A DNA stretch of 63,545 nt, filler included, from Octopus bimaculoides (lineage: Eukaryota), in NCBI RefSeq assembly GCF_001194135.2. It is 7 parts of 7 records of this genome, joined end to end, with 100 filler letters (N's around TTAATTAATTAA, not from the genome) between each part and the next. Parts side by side here need not be neighbours in the genome. Positions count along the whole stretch, not along the records: positions 1 to 14,620 come from NC_068994.1; positions 14,721 to 17,859 come from NC_068991.1; positions 17,960 to 24,433 come from NC_068985.1; positions 24,534 to 51,871 come from NC_069008.1; 3 more parts are not named here. One strand, given 5' to 3'. The notes beneath the pieces were generated by a model that was not told the DNA's origin, did not search any database, and saw only the letters and a program-made list of their open reading frames with translations. A program made the position numbers and the translations under genes. Positions 12,468 to 25,320 of this stretch are shown here, piece by piece. How positions within the stretch are numbered: position 1 is the first letter of the stretch; every line of letters begins with the position of its first letter.

Positions 12468-12629
12468 CTTATAATCTAAACCATCTGAACAGTTGAAGAC
12501 AACACACTGTTTAGCCAGGGCTTTGGCTAAATCCTTTGTTGTTTCAGTTTTGCCTGTTCCTGCCGGGCCAGCAGGAGCACCGCCAAGGTCAAGTTGTAAT
12601 GCGCCCATTAGACACAGATAACAACGATT
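12468..12629 (-). CDS. DNAH6: Axonemal dynein heavy chain exon, AAA1 Walker A (first exon visible in this scaffold)
   Basis: ttacag acceptor and AAG/gtattt donor; 162 nt; [54 protein letters not shown]; GPAGTGKT P-loop; matches DNAH6 as recalled. Confidence 0.93.
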
Positions 12630-13994
12630 CTGTAAAAAAAATAAACAAAAATGTAATTGGTTAACATTTATAAGAAGCTTTTAGGAGTTCAAATCCAAAA
12701 CTATATTCATTCAGTCCTGAGAATAATTAATTCTTTCTATCTTTTATTTTTTTATATTCTATCTTTTAATTTTTTCAGTCATTTGGCAGTAGCCATGCTG
12801 GGTTTTAGTCAAGGGTTTTAGTCAAACAAATCGACCCCAAGCTTTCTTTTTTTTTTNNNNNNNNNNNNNNNNNNNNNNNNNNNNNNNNNNNNNNNNNNNN
12901 NNNNNNNNNNNNNNNNNNNNNNNNNNNNNNNNNNNNNNNNNNNNNNNNNNNNNNNNNNNNNNNNNNNNNNNNNNNNNNNNNNNNNNNNNNNNNNNNNNNN
13001 NNNNNNNNNNNNNNNNNNNNNNNNNNNNNNNNNNNNNNNNNNNNNNNNNNNNNNNNNNNNNNNNNNNNNNNNNNNNNNNNNNNNNNNNNNNNNNNNNNNN
13101 NNNNNNNNNNNNNNNNNNNNNNNNNNNNNNNNNNNNNNNNNNNNNNNNNNNNNNNNNNNNNNNNNNNNNNNNNNNNNNNNNNNNNNNNNNNNNNNNNNNN
13201 NNNNNNNNNNNNNNNNNNNNNNNNNNNNNNNNNNCACGCACACACACACACACACACATACACACACAACAGACTTCTTTTAATTTCCATCTACCAAATC
13301 CACTCACAAGGTTTTCATCAGTCCAAGGCTGTAGTAGAAGATAATTGCCCAAGGTGCCACACTGTGGTACTGAACCTGAAACCATGTGATTAGGAAGCAA
13401 ACTTCTGTAAACAAAGCCATCACAAGGCCTGGACTTTTTGAGGGAATGGGACGAGTTGATTACACCAACCACAATGCTTGACTAATACTTAGTTTATCAA
13501 CTCTGAAAGGATGAAAGGCAAAGTTGACCTCCACAGAATTTTAACTCAGAATATAAAACCAAAAGAAATGCTGCTAAACATTTTGTCCAGCATGCTAACA
13601 ATTCTGCCAGATTAATTAATGATAATTAGTTTTAAATACATTATAAAAAGAAGCTAATCCAAAGCAATTAAAATTGAAGAGACATATTACAGATAAAGGA
13701 TTGTCAGTTGTCTCCTCCATTTAAAAATTTTTACGTGTGAGAATATGAAGATATGCATTATAGATTTCAAATAGAAACTGCTGCATAGATAGAATTTAAA
13801 AGTGGCTGTTCTACAAATATTAAGTTAGCTGTATTGATTACATTGAGAATGTCTTTGATATCTTGAAGGAATGGTCAGTATGACGCAAGTATTTGTCTAA
13901 ACAAGTGGTCCTTAATCCTTTTTTTACCATTTGATGTTTAAAAAAATCATATATTTTTATAATTGAATATTATTAGGAATTCCATATATGACTG

Positions 13995-14250
13995 GCTTCC
14001 ATGCCGGTGGCACATAAAAAGCACCAACTGATCATGGTCGTTGCCAGCCTCCTCTGGCCCCTGTACTGGTGGCATGTAAAAAGCACCCACTACACTCTCG
14101 GAGTGGTTGGTGTTAGGAAGAGCATCCAGCTGTAGAAACACTGCCAGATCAAACTGGAGCCTGGTGCAGCCTCTTGGCTTCCCAGACCCCAGTTGAGCCA
14201 TCCAACCCATGCCAGCATGGAAAACGGACGTTAAACGGTGATGATGATGA
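13995..14250 (+). mobile_element. RTE 3'-UTR-derived repeat
   Basis: Same family, (GAT)n tail. Confidence 0.8.
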
Positions 14251-14519
14251 CTGGCAGCGAGATTTGGCTGCATGTGGCTACCACTGAAAAGACAGGGTAT
14301 GTCAAAATTACAAGATCTGGCAGTTCTAGCTCCTGTAGCAGAAAATGATTCTCATCTGCCAATAATATAGATATGTGCGTGCTTTTATGCACCATACATC
14401 CATATGAGTGAGTGTGCCTCTCAAGATAAGTAACACAGTATTCAACCTTCTAACAAAACAATCTACATTAAGTTAGATATAAAAATTATTTTTTGGTATT
14501 AATACTGCTTCTGTTGCTA

Positions 14520-14552
<33 letters not shown>

Positions 14553-14620
14553 CATATACACACACACACACATATAGATATATATACTTTTATATATATA
14601 TATATATATATATATCAAGT

Positions 14621-14720
14621 NNNNNNNNNNNNNNNNNNNNNNNNNNNNNNNNNNNNNNNNNNNNTTAATTAATTAANNNNNNNNNNNNNNNNNNNNNNNN
14701 NNNNNNNNNNNNNNNNNNNN
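14621..14720. other. Artificial scaffold-join spacer
   Basis: 44 N + TTAATTAATTAA + 44 N; identical spacers at 17860-17959, 24434-24533, 51872-51971, 58453-58552, 62392-62491. Confidence 0.97.
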
Positions 14721-14738
14721 TTTATCTCTCTCATCAAA

Positions 14739-14807
14739 GATCAGTGGCTATCGGACGCTGACGAAGGGAAATAACCCTGAAACCCGGGTCCGTTCGTGCT
14801 ACAGATC
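14739..14807 (+). ncRNA. Minimal type I hammerhead ribozyme (Penelope-like pseudo-LTR type)
   Basis: CUGACGA core 14758-14764; stem II AGGG/CCCU; GAAA 14779-14782; palindromic stem III ACCCGGGU; GUC cleavage triplet ending 14790; stem I CGGACG/CGUUCG extended by GUGGC/GCUAC and GAUC/GAUC. Confidence 0.85.
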
Positions 14808-14955
14808 ACGATGAGAGGGATAACTTCCCTTGGCAAAACAAACAGGACACAGAAGTGTGTCGATAAGCCAGCTGGAGGAGATGTCCTCCTGGGGCTAAAA
14901 GCAACAGTAACATCCACCCCTAGGGGTCAGCCACATTTAAGTGGCAATATACTTC

Positions 14956-14992
<37 letters not shown>

Positions 14993-16406
14993 TAGCATCC
15001 ACCCTTAAGGGTTAGCCACATTTAAGTGGCAAATATACTTCACGATTTATATATATGTATATATATATATAAAGCTTCGGCTGAATATAGAAAATATACA
15101 TTTATATATGTAAATATATATATAGATATATATATAGAGAGAGAAACAAAAACTGAAAATATTTAGACGATGAACCTTTATGTACAACCATACAGATAAT
15201 TATATATTTACAGACCAGATTTACATGGAGTACAAGTGATACAGAAAACTAAGGGGAGAGGACATGGTATTTCAGCTCCTACACCTGTTTTATGGGTCTC
15301 GGAATTACGTAATAGATTGCATATTCTTGACTTTTACACAGTCCATCCGCCAACATTATAACTATTACGCAATTAATGAAGAACAAATATGCAAAGTAGG
15401 ATACCCGTATAGTGCTAGCCGGGTTCATGACTGCTTTATATAACAGCTGATCCATGTTATGTTATTAATTGAGAAAAGAAGTCGCGAACGTCTTCTTTGA
15501 GGAGCGGTCAACAAAGTAAAACTACTTCTTCAGCCTAGATCAGTTACTGACAATGTGAATCACACTTTAATTGTGTAACTCACATTTGACCGGTGCTCAT
15601 ATACCTGGGACAACATTGTGGCTTCACACAGAAACAACTTAGCTAGAAACAGGTGCACAAACTGGGCCAAACGACAGTTTCTCAAAAGAAAAAAAAAATG
15701 CAACCTTGCTAGATCGGTGAAACACAAGATGGGTCACATGTTGGTTTTACACAGAAGCAATTTCGCTAGACCACTGATACTCAAGATGAACCGAATGGCC
15801 AAGGGGTAGGCCACATACAAATCGTTGTTTATAGTAAGTCACGATGACATTTACATATATATATATATATATATATANNNNNNNNNNNNNNNNNNNNNNN
15901 NNNNNNNNNNNNNNNNNNNNNNNNNNNNNNNNNNNNNNNNNNNNNNNNNNNNNNNNNNNNNNNNNNNNNNNNNNNNNNNNNNNNNNNNNNNNNNNNNNNN
16001 NNNNNNNNNNNNNNNNNNNNNNNNNNNNNNNNNNNNNNNNNNNNNNNNNNNNNNNNNNNNNNNNNNNNNNNNNNNNNNNNNNNNNNNNNNNNNNNNNNNN
16101 NNNNNNNNNNNNNNNNNNNNNNNNNNNNNNNNNNNNNNNNNNNNNNNNNNNNNNNNNNNNNNNNNNNNNNNNNNNNNNNNNNNNNNNNNNNNNNNNNNNN
16201 NNNNNNNNNNNNNNNNNNNNNNNNNNNNNNNNNNNNNNNNNNNNNNNNNNNNNNNNNNNNNNNNNNNNNNNNNNNNNNNNNNNNNNNNNNNNNNNNNNNN
16301 NNNNNNNNNNNNNNNNNNNNNNNNNNNNNNNNNNNNNNNNNNNNNNNNNNNNNNNNNNNNNNNNNNNNNNNNNNNNNNNNNNNNNNNNNNNNNNNNNNNN
16401 NNNNNN

Positions 16407-16466
<60 letters not shown>

Positions 16467-16475
16467 CATTATTAA

Positions 16476-16697
16476 GGCGGCGTGCTGGTAGAATCGTTAG
16501 CACGCCGGGCGAAATGCTTAGCGGTATTTCGTCTGCACCTATGTTCTAGTTCAAATTCCGCTGAGGTCAACTTTGCCTTTCATCCTTTCACGGGGTCGAT
16601 CAAATCCTTTCGGGGTCGATCAGTTACGCACTGGGATCGATGTAATCAAATAGGCCCCTCCCCTCAAATTTCAGGCTTTGTGCCTATAGTAGAAAGG
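16476..16697 (+). mobile_element. SINE family B
   Basis: ggcggcgtgctggtagaatcgttagc..gttcaaattccgctgaggtcaactttgcc. Confidence 0.8.
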
Positions 16698-16704
16698 ATT
16701 ATTA

Positions 16705-16945
16705 TTGTTGTTGTTGTTGTTATTATTATTATTATTATTATCATTATTTTATTTCTCAGAGCTCTCGTTCTTACTTGCTTTGGTTGATTCTGTGAGAGCG
16801 GACAGCAACCTGTTCTGAGACGTCTCACAGGGTCTTTTTCCACAAATTATAAGCATTATATTTGGATGTTAACCTATCGTGGAAGACATTCAACATTCAA
16901 GCACCTATCTCAAATCTTAGCTGTCCCAAATAGAGCAGTTTTGTG
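16705..16945 (-). mobile_element. NeSL/HERO-like non-LTR 3' fragment with (AAT)n tail
   Basis: KTALFGTAKI*DRCL resembles the C-terminal KxALLGTAxILRxVL motif; trinucleotide tail follows. Confidence 0.5.
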
Positions 16946-18755
16946 GCCGGCTCTGCCTTCATGTCGATTCTATTATCATCATTATTAATACTATCATAAT
17001 TCTTTTTATTATTATTAGCAATTTTAGGAGAAGGGTTTAGTTGATTATATCGCCCTCAGTGATTGACTAGCACATTTTATCAACCCTGAAAGGATGAAAG
17101 GCATAGTCGACTTCGGCAGCATTAGAACTCAAAGGAAGCATAGTCTAATGGTTAGTGTGTTGCACTCTAGATCGCGAGATCGTAGTTTCATCTCCCGTCG
17201 ATCTGCGGTCACGTCGACGCCTGACGCGAGGCACACCGTGAACCTATTCAGGTAACGTTGATTTGATGGAGTGAGTGAGCCAATGTACACAGTACATACA
17301 TTTGATCACTATAAACAAATCGTTTGTATAGGTCGTTCGGCAAAGGCTGAACACTCATACGTCGCTTTCGACGGGGGAACCCATCGTTATTATTATAGCA
17401 TCGATTATAGTTTTGATTAAATCTTCTCTGGAACATTGAAACTTGGGTTCTATCTAGTTGAAACTGGGTGAAATCACGGGTGATATAAAAAAAAAACATG
17501 TGGACCACATATACACACGCAAAAAAGGAGTTGCGTATCAGTTTTTTTCAAAGCTACAGACTTTTATGGAAACCTCTCAACTCATATACAGCTCCACAGA
17601 TACAAAGCCTCAAAGCTTCGGCCATACTAGGTTATACGATTCCCGACGATCTCCTATGTTTGAGCCGCTTTCCACATATGAAACATTGTCATGGCTACAA
17701 TACTTCTATTAGGACAGGAAATTATTGAATTAAAACTTAGGCTTATTTTTTTAGCAAAAGCTGAAAAGCTGAAGTTTCAATTCAAGTGTGTGTGCATTAT
17801 GTTTGTGTACGTGTGTGTATGTGTCTATCAGCGTGTGCATGTCCACTGCCACTACATATNNNNNNNNNNNNNNNNNNNNNNNNNNNNNNNNNNNNNNNNN
17901 NNNTTAATTAATTAANNNNNNNNNNNNNNNNNNNNNNNNNNNNNNNNNNNNNNNNNNNNTATATATACACATATATATATTTATATATATATGTATGTAT
18001 ACATATGCATACATACATACATGCATACATTTATAACTAATCTGCGGGCTCTGAGCTCATTGTTTGTTCAGAACATGTGTTCAGATCTTGAAGATTGTTG
18101 AAAAAATGTGCTCAGAGTTCAAAGATTACTTGAAGACACAAGACACATTGTAATAACCTTTCTAACCACCAGCATTCATGGCAAGAAACTATTAGAAGCT
18201 CTTATTTTAATACAGTACACGTTAAAATATGTGTGTATGTGTGTATGTGTGTTTGTGTGTGAATATATGTGAAGGCGTGCGTGTGTTTGTGTGTGTATGT
18301 GGGGGGATGAGTTTAGTAGATGAAGTGATTGAGGGACAAAAAACAACTATTGACGTCATAATGGTGAAAATAAAATCAACATACGTCATCATTACCATCA
18401 TTACCATCGCCATCTGTATTATAGGCGGCAACAACAAGGTTATCAACACTTAAGTCTTCGGTCACAAAAGTCTAAAACATGGCGGAAATTACTTTCATTG
18501 ACTTTATTTTTACATATATTTAAGCATTTATTTATATATATATATGTGAAAATAAAATAAATCACATGTGGATGGTTTCTTGTTATGTTAAGCTTCCATA
18601 AAAGATAGAATCTTTTCTCACCCACTTAAATCGACGGAAGTTTGTGTAACTTGTTCCACGAGACTTAATTTATTTACCGGCAGACGTCCTGTAAGTTTTG
18701 CTAGCATTCCGATATCGTGATCGATTGAATAACATTGAAAGTTGTAATGATATGT

Positions 18756-18804
<49 letters not shown>

Positions 18805-19366
18805 TGTGTGTGTGTATGTAGTATAGTATGCTTGTATGGTATAGTATATGTATGTATGTATGTATGATTTTACGTCTTTTATTTATTCGTATTCTTTCAA
18901 GGAGAGAGCTGGTTTCTAACAAAGAAATTCGAGTGCCATCATTATGATTTGGATAACAACAGTGATAGTTATTTCATAGAGAAATTTAAGAAATCCTTGC
19001 TGAATTTTATTGTTCCACTCACTGATTGTTTCTGTAAAAAGTTCGTTTTAACTGCTCTCGTGCTTTGCTGGGAAATCATAGCTCCTCCATATTGCAGCTT
19101 AGACATTTACTAAGATAATCGATTGCACCAATGTAAATTTAGAATCAGGGTAGAGGTTGAAGCAGATGCCCAGTGATATTCTCGTTGATTTTTGAAGAGG
19201 TGTTTACATCTACAGAGCAACTAAATGTAATGACTATGCAAAATTTTTATTTCGTGTTCCCAAAAACAATGTCATGACTGTTATGTGTGCACTTGGTATG
19301 GGAATGTTTCGCCAATAAACCTCGTGCTGACATCTATGTGTTTATGTGTTCCATAGCAAGAGTGCT

Positions 19367-19404
<38 letters not shown>

Positions 19405-19548
19405 NNNNNNNNNNNNNNNNNNNNNNNNNNNNNNNNNNNNNNNNNNNNNNNNNNNNNNNNNNNNNNNNNNNNNNNNNNNNNNNNNNNNNNNNNNNNNNNN
19501 NNNNNNNNNNNNNNNNNNNNNNNNNNNNNNNNNNNNNNNNNNNNNNAA

Positions 19549-19910
19549 GTGTTGTCCTAGCCTCCTCGAACGCTTTTACTCCACTTCACACTTTTGTTCG
19601 CCATCCAGCTCGATCCAAAGCAAAAGTTTCATTGGCGTTTGGATCCATTTCGAGTGACTTCGTGGTAGTTCTTATGCCGGCATAAGAACTACCATGAAGT
19701 CACTCGAAATGGATCCAAAGGTCATAAAAACCTTTGCTTCGGATCGAGCTGGATGGCGAACAAAAGTGTGAAGTGGAGTGAAAGCGTTCGAGGAGGCTAG
19801 GACAACACATGCAAGACTTAAGAGAGAACTTATGAAGAATGTTGCGATCGATAAGGTGAATCTTAGTGACGTTTTTGCGTTCACAGTTTGTGACAGATCA
19901 TACCTTTTTT
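19549..19910 (+). mobile_element. RTE/BovB-like LINE ORF C-terminus, first 130 bp duplicated as an inverted arm
   Basis: From 19679 the + strand reads ASDRAGWRTKV*SGVKAFEEARTTHARLKRE; 19549-19678 is the reverse complement of 19679-19808. Confidence 0.75.
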
Positions 19911-21199
19911 TTTTGGTGGGCTCAAATCTCACTTGAGGTCCCATGAAAAACGAACCTTCACCAACTATTCTATCTATATATCTGTGCACACCTTTCAATG
20001 CCATAAGATCTACAAATCTAACGGAACCCTCAAAAGACATTTTAAAACCTACAAAGATCAGAACTTAACTGCAACTCTTGGTGGTTCAAATGAGATATGC
20101 AATCCATGTGTGTGTCTTTTCAATACACTGTCTGGTTAAAAAAACCTCACATCAGATGCCATGATGGATCTAAGGTGTAGGTACAAGAGGTGGTCAGACT
20201 CTGCATAAGGAGACGACAACCACTATATATNNNNNNNNNNNNNNNNNNNNNNNNNNNNNNNNNNNNNNNNNNNNNNNNNNNNNNNNNNNNNNNNNNNNNN
20301 NNNNNNNNNNNNNNNNNNNNNNNNNNNNNNNNNNNNNNNNNNNNNNNNNNNNNNNNNNNNNNNNNNNNNNNNNNNNNNNNNNNNNNNNNNNNNNNNNNNN
20401 NNNNNNNNNNNNNNNNNNNNNNNNNNNNNNNNNNNNNNNNNNNNNNNNNNNNNNNNNNNNNNNNNNNNNNNNNNNNNNNNNNNNNNNNNNNNNNNNNNNN
20501 NNNNNNNNNNNNNNNNNNNNNNNNNNNNNNNNNNNNNNNNNNNNNNNNNNNNNNNNNNNNNNNNNNNNNNNNNNNNNNNNNNNNNNNNNNNNNNNNNNNN
20601 NNNNNNNNNNNNNNNNNNNNNNNNNNNNNNNNNNNNNNNNNNNNNNNNNNNNNNNNNNNNNNNNNNNNNNNNNNNNNNNNNNNNNNNNNNNNNNNNNNNN
20701 NNNNNNNNNNNNNNNNNNNNNNNNNNNNNNNNNNNNNNNNNNNNNNNNNNNNNNNNNNNNNNNNNNNNNNNNNNNNNNNNNNNNNNNNNNNNNNNNNNNN
20801 NNNNNNNNNNNNNNNNNNNNNNNNNNNNNNNNNNNNNNNNNNNNNNNNNNNNNNNNNNNNNNNNNNNNNNNNNNNNNNNNNNNNNNNNNNNNNNNNNNNN
20901 NNNNNNNNNNNNNNNNNNNNNNNNNNNNNNNNNNNNNNNNNNNNNNNNNNNNNNNNNNNNNNNNNNNNNNNNNNNNNNNNNNNNNNNNNNNNNNNNNNNN
21001 NNNNNNNNNNNNNNNNNNNNNNNNNNNNNNNNNNNNNNNNNNNNNNNNNNNNNNNNNNNNNNNNNNNNNNATAGTAGAAGACACTTACCCAAGGTGCCAC
21101 GCAGTGGGACTGAACTCGGAACCATGTGGTTGGGAAGCAAGCTTCTTATCACACAGCCACACCTGCGCATACATACATACATACATACATACATAAATG

Positions 21200-21257
<58 letters not shown>

Positions 21258-21717
21258 CAGACACACACACATACACACACGCATATACACATATGTGAAA
21301 ACATGCATACACACGTAGAGACACGATCGTAAGCACACATACTGACATTCGTCCCGACGTACATAAAAAAAAACACACACACACACACACACGCACTTAC
21401 AATTACCCAGTATTAAATATTAACATCTATTCATTTACTGATCAAACCCACCATTCTTCCCTGTTACGGTTTACAGTGACTGTTGTTAATTATTAATCCA
21501 GTATTCAATCGAGGCACAACAATAAGAACTCTTGTTTTCTGTAACAGAACAAAGGATGTCGTTTGCCTCGAACATAATAGCTGTGATGAAGTCTGTATGG
21601 TTTAAGGTTGTGAAGAATAAGCAGACACTCGATAATTGTGAACGACATGCCATACCACATTATAATTACACAACTGCATAATACACCCCACCACATATAT
21701 ATGTGTGTGTGTATGTG

Positions 21718-21944
21718 TTATTTCTTTACTACCCACAAGGGGCTACACACAGAGGGTACAAACAAGGGCAGACAAACGGATTAAGTCGATTATACCGACC
21801 CCAGTGCGTAACTGGTACTTATTTAATCGACCCCGAAAGGATGAAAGGCAAAGTCGACCTCGGCGGAATTTGAACTCAGAACATAGCGGCAGACGAAACA
21901 CCGCTAAGCATTTCGCCCGTCGTGCTAACGTTTCTGCCAGCTCG
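21718..21944 (-). mobile_element. SINE family B (ggcggcgagctggcagaaacgttagc...), full length
   Basis: Reverse complement matches 16476-16697; partial copies near 13440-13620, 17050-17130, 25870-26000, 29590-29700. Confidence 0.85.
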
Positions 21945-22354
21945 TGTGTATGTGTGTGTTTGTGCAAACACACACATGCATACATACACACCTACATATA
22001 TACATAATACATACATACATACAAACATACACACATACGCACGCATGCACGCACACACACACACACACACACAACTGGCCAAAAACCAAAAACATCCATT
22101 GGTGTTCATAGAATTCGTTGCTTGGCTGCAACTGTGGCAAGCTTTGCGCTTTCTACCTTTTACTTGTGTCAGCCATTGGACTGCGACCATTCCCGAGCTC
22201 CGCTTTGAACGGTTTTAGTCGTACGAACCTACCCATTTAAAAGCCTGCTACTCATTCTATAGTTGAAATTTACAGAAAAATAAAAGACGAAGATTGGTGT
22301 ATAAACAACAAGCAGGTCTATTAGTTTGACGCTCGGGAAGGTGAGAAAGTCTTT

Positions 22355-22388
22355 TTATGTTTCGAGCCTACGCTTTTCAACAGAAAGG
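22355..22388 (-). ncRNA. Second, more decayed copy of the variant hammerhead-like motif (CUGUUGA)
   Basis: CCUUU-CUGUUGA-AAAGC GUAG GCUC-GAAAC-AUA-AAAAG; same flanking repeat as the 53.5-kb copy. Confidence 0.4.
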
Positions 22389-22509
22389 AACACAAGGAAA
22401 TAAACAGAGAGAAAAAAAAAACTTGTAAATTTAGCGCTCAGTCATGGAGGCTCACCAAAGATTTATTGTGAATGGATTTGGTAGATGGAAACTGAGAGAA
22501 GACTGTCGC

Positions 22510-22575
<66 letters not shown>

Positions 22576-22979
22576 GTTATCAGTCAGTTTCATTTCTGTA
22601 TTTCTTGTCAATAGAGAAAGAACCGGACTCTAACATAGATTCAAGGCTCCTTCATTAGAACTTCTATCAGCATCATCTAGGTATTTGTGTATATGAGTGT
22701 GTGTGCAGTATTTGGTGTTAGTGTATGCGCAGATTTCTATGTTTGTTTTATGGATGCGTTTTTATGTATATATTTTCATGTCTAGATGCATGCATATGTA
22801 TTTATGTGCTAAATTTTTGGAAAGTTTTACATATTTTTACAGTTCCATTGATGGCTTGAATCTGTAGTCATCTAATCAGCCTTTTTCTTTCAGGTTTTGA
22901 GAACCCTAATTTTTCCAGGTTTTTGTTGAGGCAGTTCGTCATGTATGTATGTATGTATGTATGTATGTATGTATGTATG

Positions 22980-23025
<46 letters not shown>

Positions 23026-23811
23026 CCTACCTATCTAAATCATGCGTGTTGGAGTTTAAGCACCTCCACCCGCCAAACACAACTTTGTGCTGGCGTTAAT
23101 ATGATCTCACTGAATTCATTACAATAAAATTTCCCATATACTTAGTAATGTAGTTCTTGCTCTTTTCTCTTTCAAATACATTTAATATGTTTAGCTGTTT
23201 CTGTCACTTAAGTAGTGAGAGTATTTATATTTACTTTCTGAATAGAATAGAAAGAAACTATTCGCCACGAACGAAAGTACAAAACAGTCAATTTCCTCAG
23301 GAGGTATTTTCTTTCTTTTCTTTTTTTTTGTTTTTGTGGCCTCCTTGTCACGACAGCTAGAAAGTTCCAGTAAGTTGAGCAGATATTTTAACGACAATGG
23401 CTGGTCAGGCAATTGCAAACCGGTACACCGCGAAGTTAGAAGACGGTGTTGGCGATTAAAGTGAAGGACAGCATGATAGAAGAGTTAATGACTTGATGCA
23501 CCTATTTGATTGAGAGAACACAATGACGGGACACGAAAGGGTCTACGTTTTCTGGAAAAAGGTCACGCGAAGTCTTGCCAACCGTATACTGATACCATCA
23601 TTACAACTAGCTTTAAGTGTCACGCATATTCCAAAACCGACAGCGGTGTCTTTTCCTCTATCAGTACATTTATAAGTCAGTATCAAGATGGAGTTTGCAT
23701 GTCTTCATCAACTCGCTGCTCCTTCTTTACTTCATTGACAGGTGCATTGTTTTTTTTCTTTTTAAATTGAAGCTTTAGCATCGATATAATGCGTTTTTTA
23801 TGTGTTCTGTC

Positions 23812-23855
<44 letters not shown>

Positions 23856-24092
23856 ATTAATTCAGTCTTTTATTCAGATATACAATGAGTGTGTGCGTGC
23901 ATGTGAGTTTGAGTGCATTTTTATATATGTATGTATGCATGTATGTATGTATGTATAGATGTATGTATGTATGTATGTATGTATGTATGTATGTATGTAT
24001 GTATGTATACGTGTATGTATGTTGATGTGTGTGTGTGAATCTATCTATTTATCTCATTACTAAAGCGCGCATTCATGCACGCATATTTACAT

Positions 24093-24126
<34 letters not shown>

Positions 24127-24279
24127 GCGCATACTGATACAAACACACACACACGCACACACACACGCATGCATCCATACGTACATACATACGTTTATAT
24201 GTACATATGTATATATACACACACTCATATACGCACACATCCATCCATACATATACATGCGCTCACATACCATATATTG

Positions 24280-24433
24280 TATGTATGTATGTATTTAAAG
24301 TTATGTATGTATGTATTTAAAGTTATGTATGTATGTATTTAAAGTTATGTATGTATGTATTTAAAGTTATGTATGTATGTATTTAAAGTTATGTATGTAT
24401 GTATTTAAAGTTATGTATGTGTGTATTTAAAGT
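24280..24433. repeat. 22-bp minisatellite (tatgtatgtatgtatttaaagt)n running into a gap
   Basis: About 6-7 direct copies. Confidence 0.9.
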
Positions 24434-24899
24434 NNNNNNNNNNNNNNNNNNNNNNNNNNNNNNNNNNNNNNNNNNNNTTAATTAATTAANNNNNNNNNNN
24501 NNNNNNNNNNNNNNNNNNNNNNNNNNNNNNNNNGTATATATGTATATAGATAGATAGATAGATACATACATACATACATACATACATCCTTTTATTAGTT
24601 TCAGTCATTTGACTGTGGCCATGCTGGAACACTGCCTTTTAGTTGAAGAAATCGACCCCTGGACTTATTCTTTTCTGCCAAACTGCTAAGTTACAAGGAT
24701 GTAAACACACCAACATCAGTTGTCAAGAGATGGTGGGGAGGACAAAAACACACATAAATATATATAGATATATACGACATATACGATATATATACGTATA
24801 AAGTCAAATTTTTATATGAGTGATATCAGTTTGGAGAAGTCTTCCTTGTCGTTTGGTGTTTTTGTATGGTTTAAAGTTAACGATCTTTCAGGCCTAAAC

Positions 24900-25320
24900 T
24901 TTCACCATCATCATCATTGTCCATGCTGGCATGGGTTGGATGGTATGACCAGGGCTGGTAAGCTGGCATGGCTGCATCAGGCTCCAGTTGTCTGAGTTGA
25001 CATGCTTTCTATGGCTGGATGCCCTTCCTAATACCACCCAGAGTGCTGGGTGCTATTTATATGGCACTGCACAGACACTTCTACATGGTGCCTCACAAGT
25101 ACTTTTACATGACACCACATGAACACTTTTACATGTCACCACACAGGTGCTTTTACATGGCACTACACATGTGCTTTTATGTGACACCACACAGGCACTT
25201 TTACATGGCACCACTGAGTGCTTTATACCACCTGAAGGATCGGTCTTAATACTTCTGCTGCAGAATACAGGTCTTCTTGAGTACAGCCAGGTGCCAGGAA
25301 TCTCAATCCTTTGTCATCTC
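24900..25320 (-). mobile_element. RTE 3'-UTR repeat with internal ttttacatggcacca tandem units
   Basis: catcatcattgtccatgctggcatgggttgg start; repeated 21-25-bp units 25045-25215. Confidence 0.65.

Noticed and set aside
13235-14620. Next upstream dynein exon (expected GYEYLG..RLVITPLT)
   Set aside because: Not found before the scaffold join; probably in a gap or another scaffold
14665-14676. Recurrent palindrome TTAATTAATTAA as a regulatory or recombination site
   Set aside because: Always centred in exactly 44+44 N; assembly spacer
23400-23770. Non-repetitive, moderately GC-rich segment as an exon
   Set aside because: No recognisable motif in any frame and short open frames only
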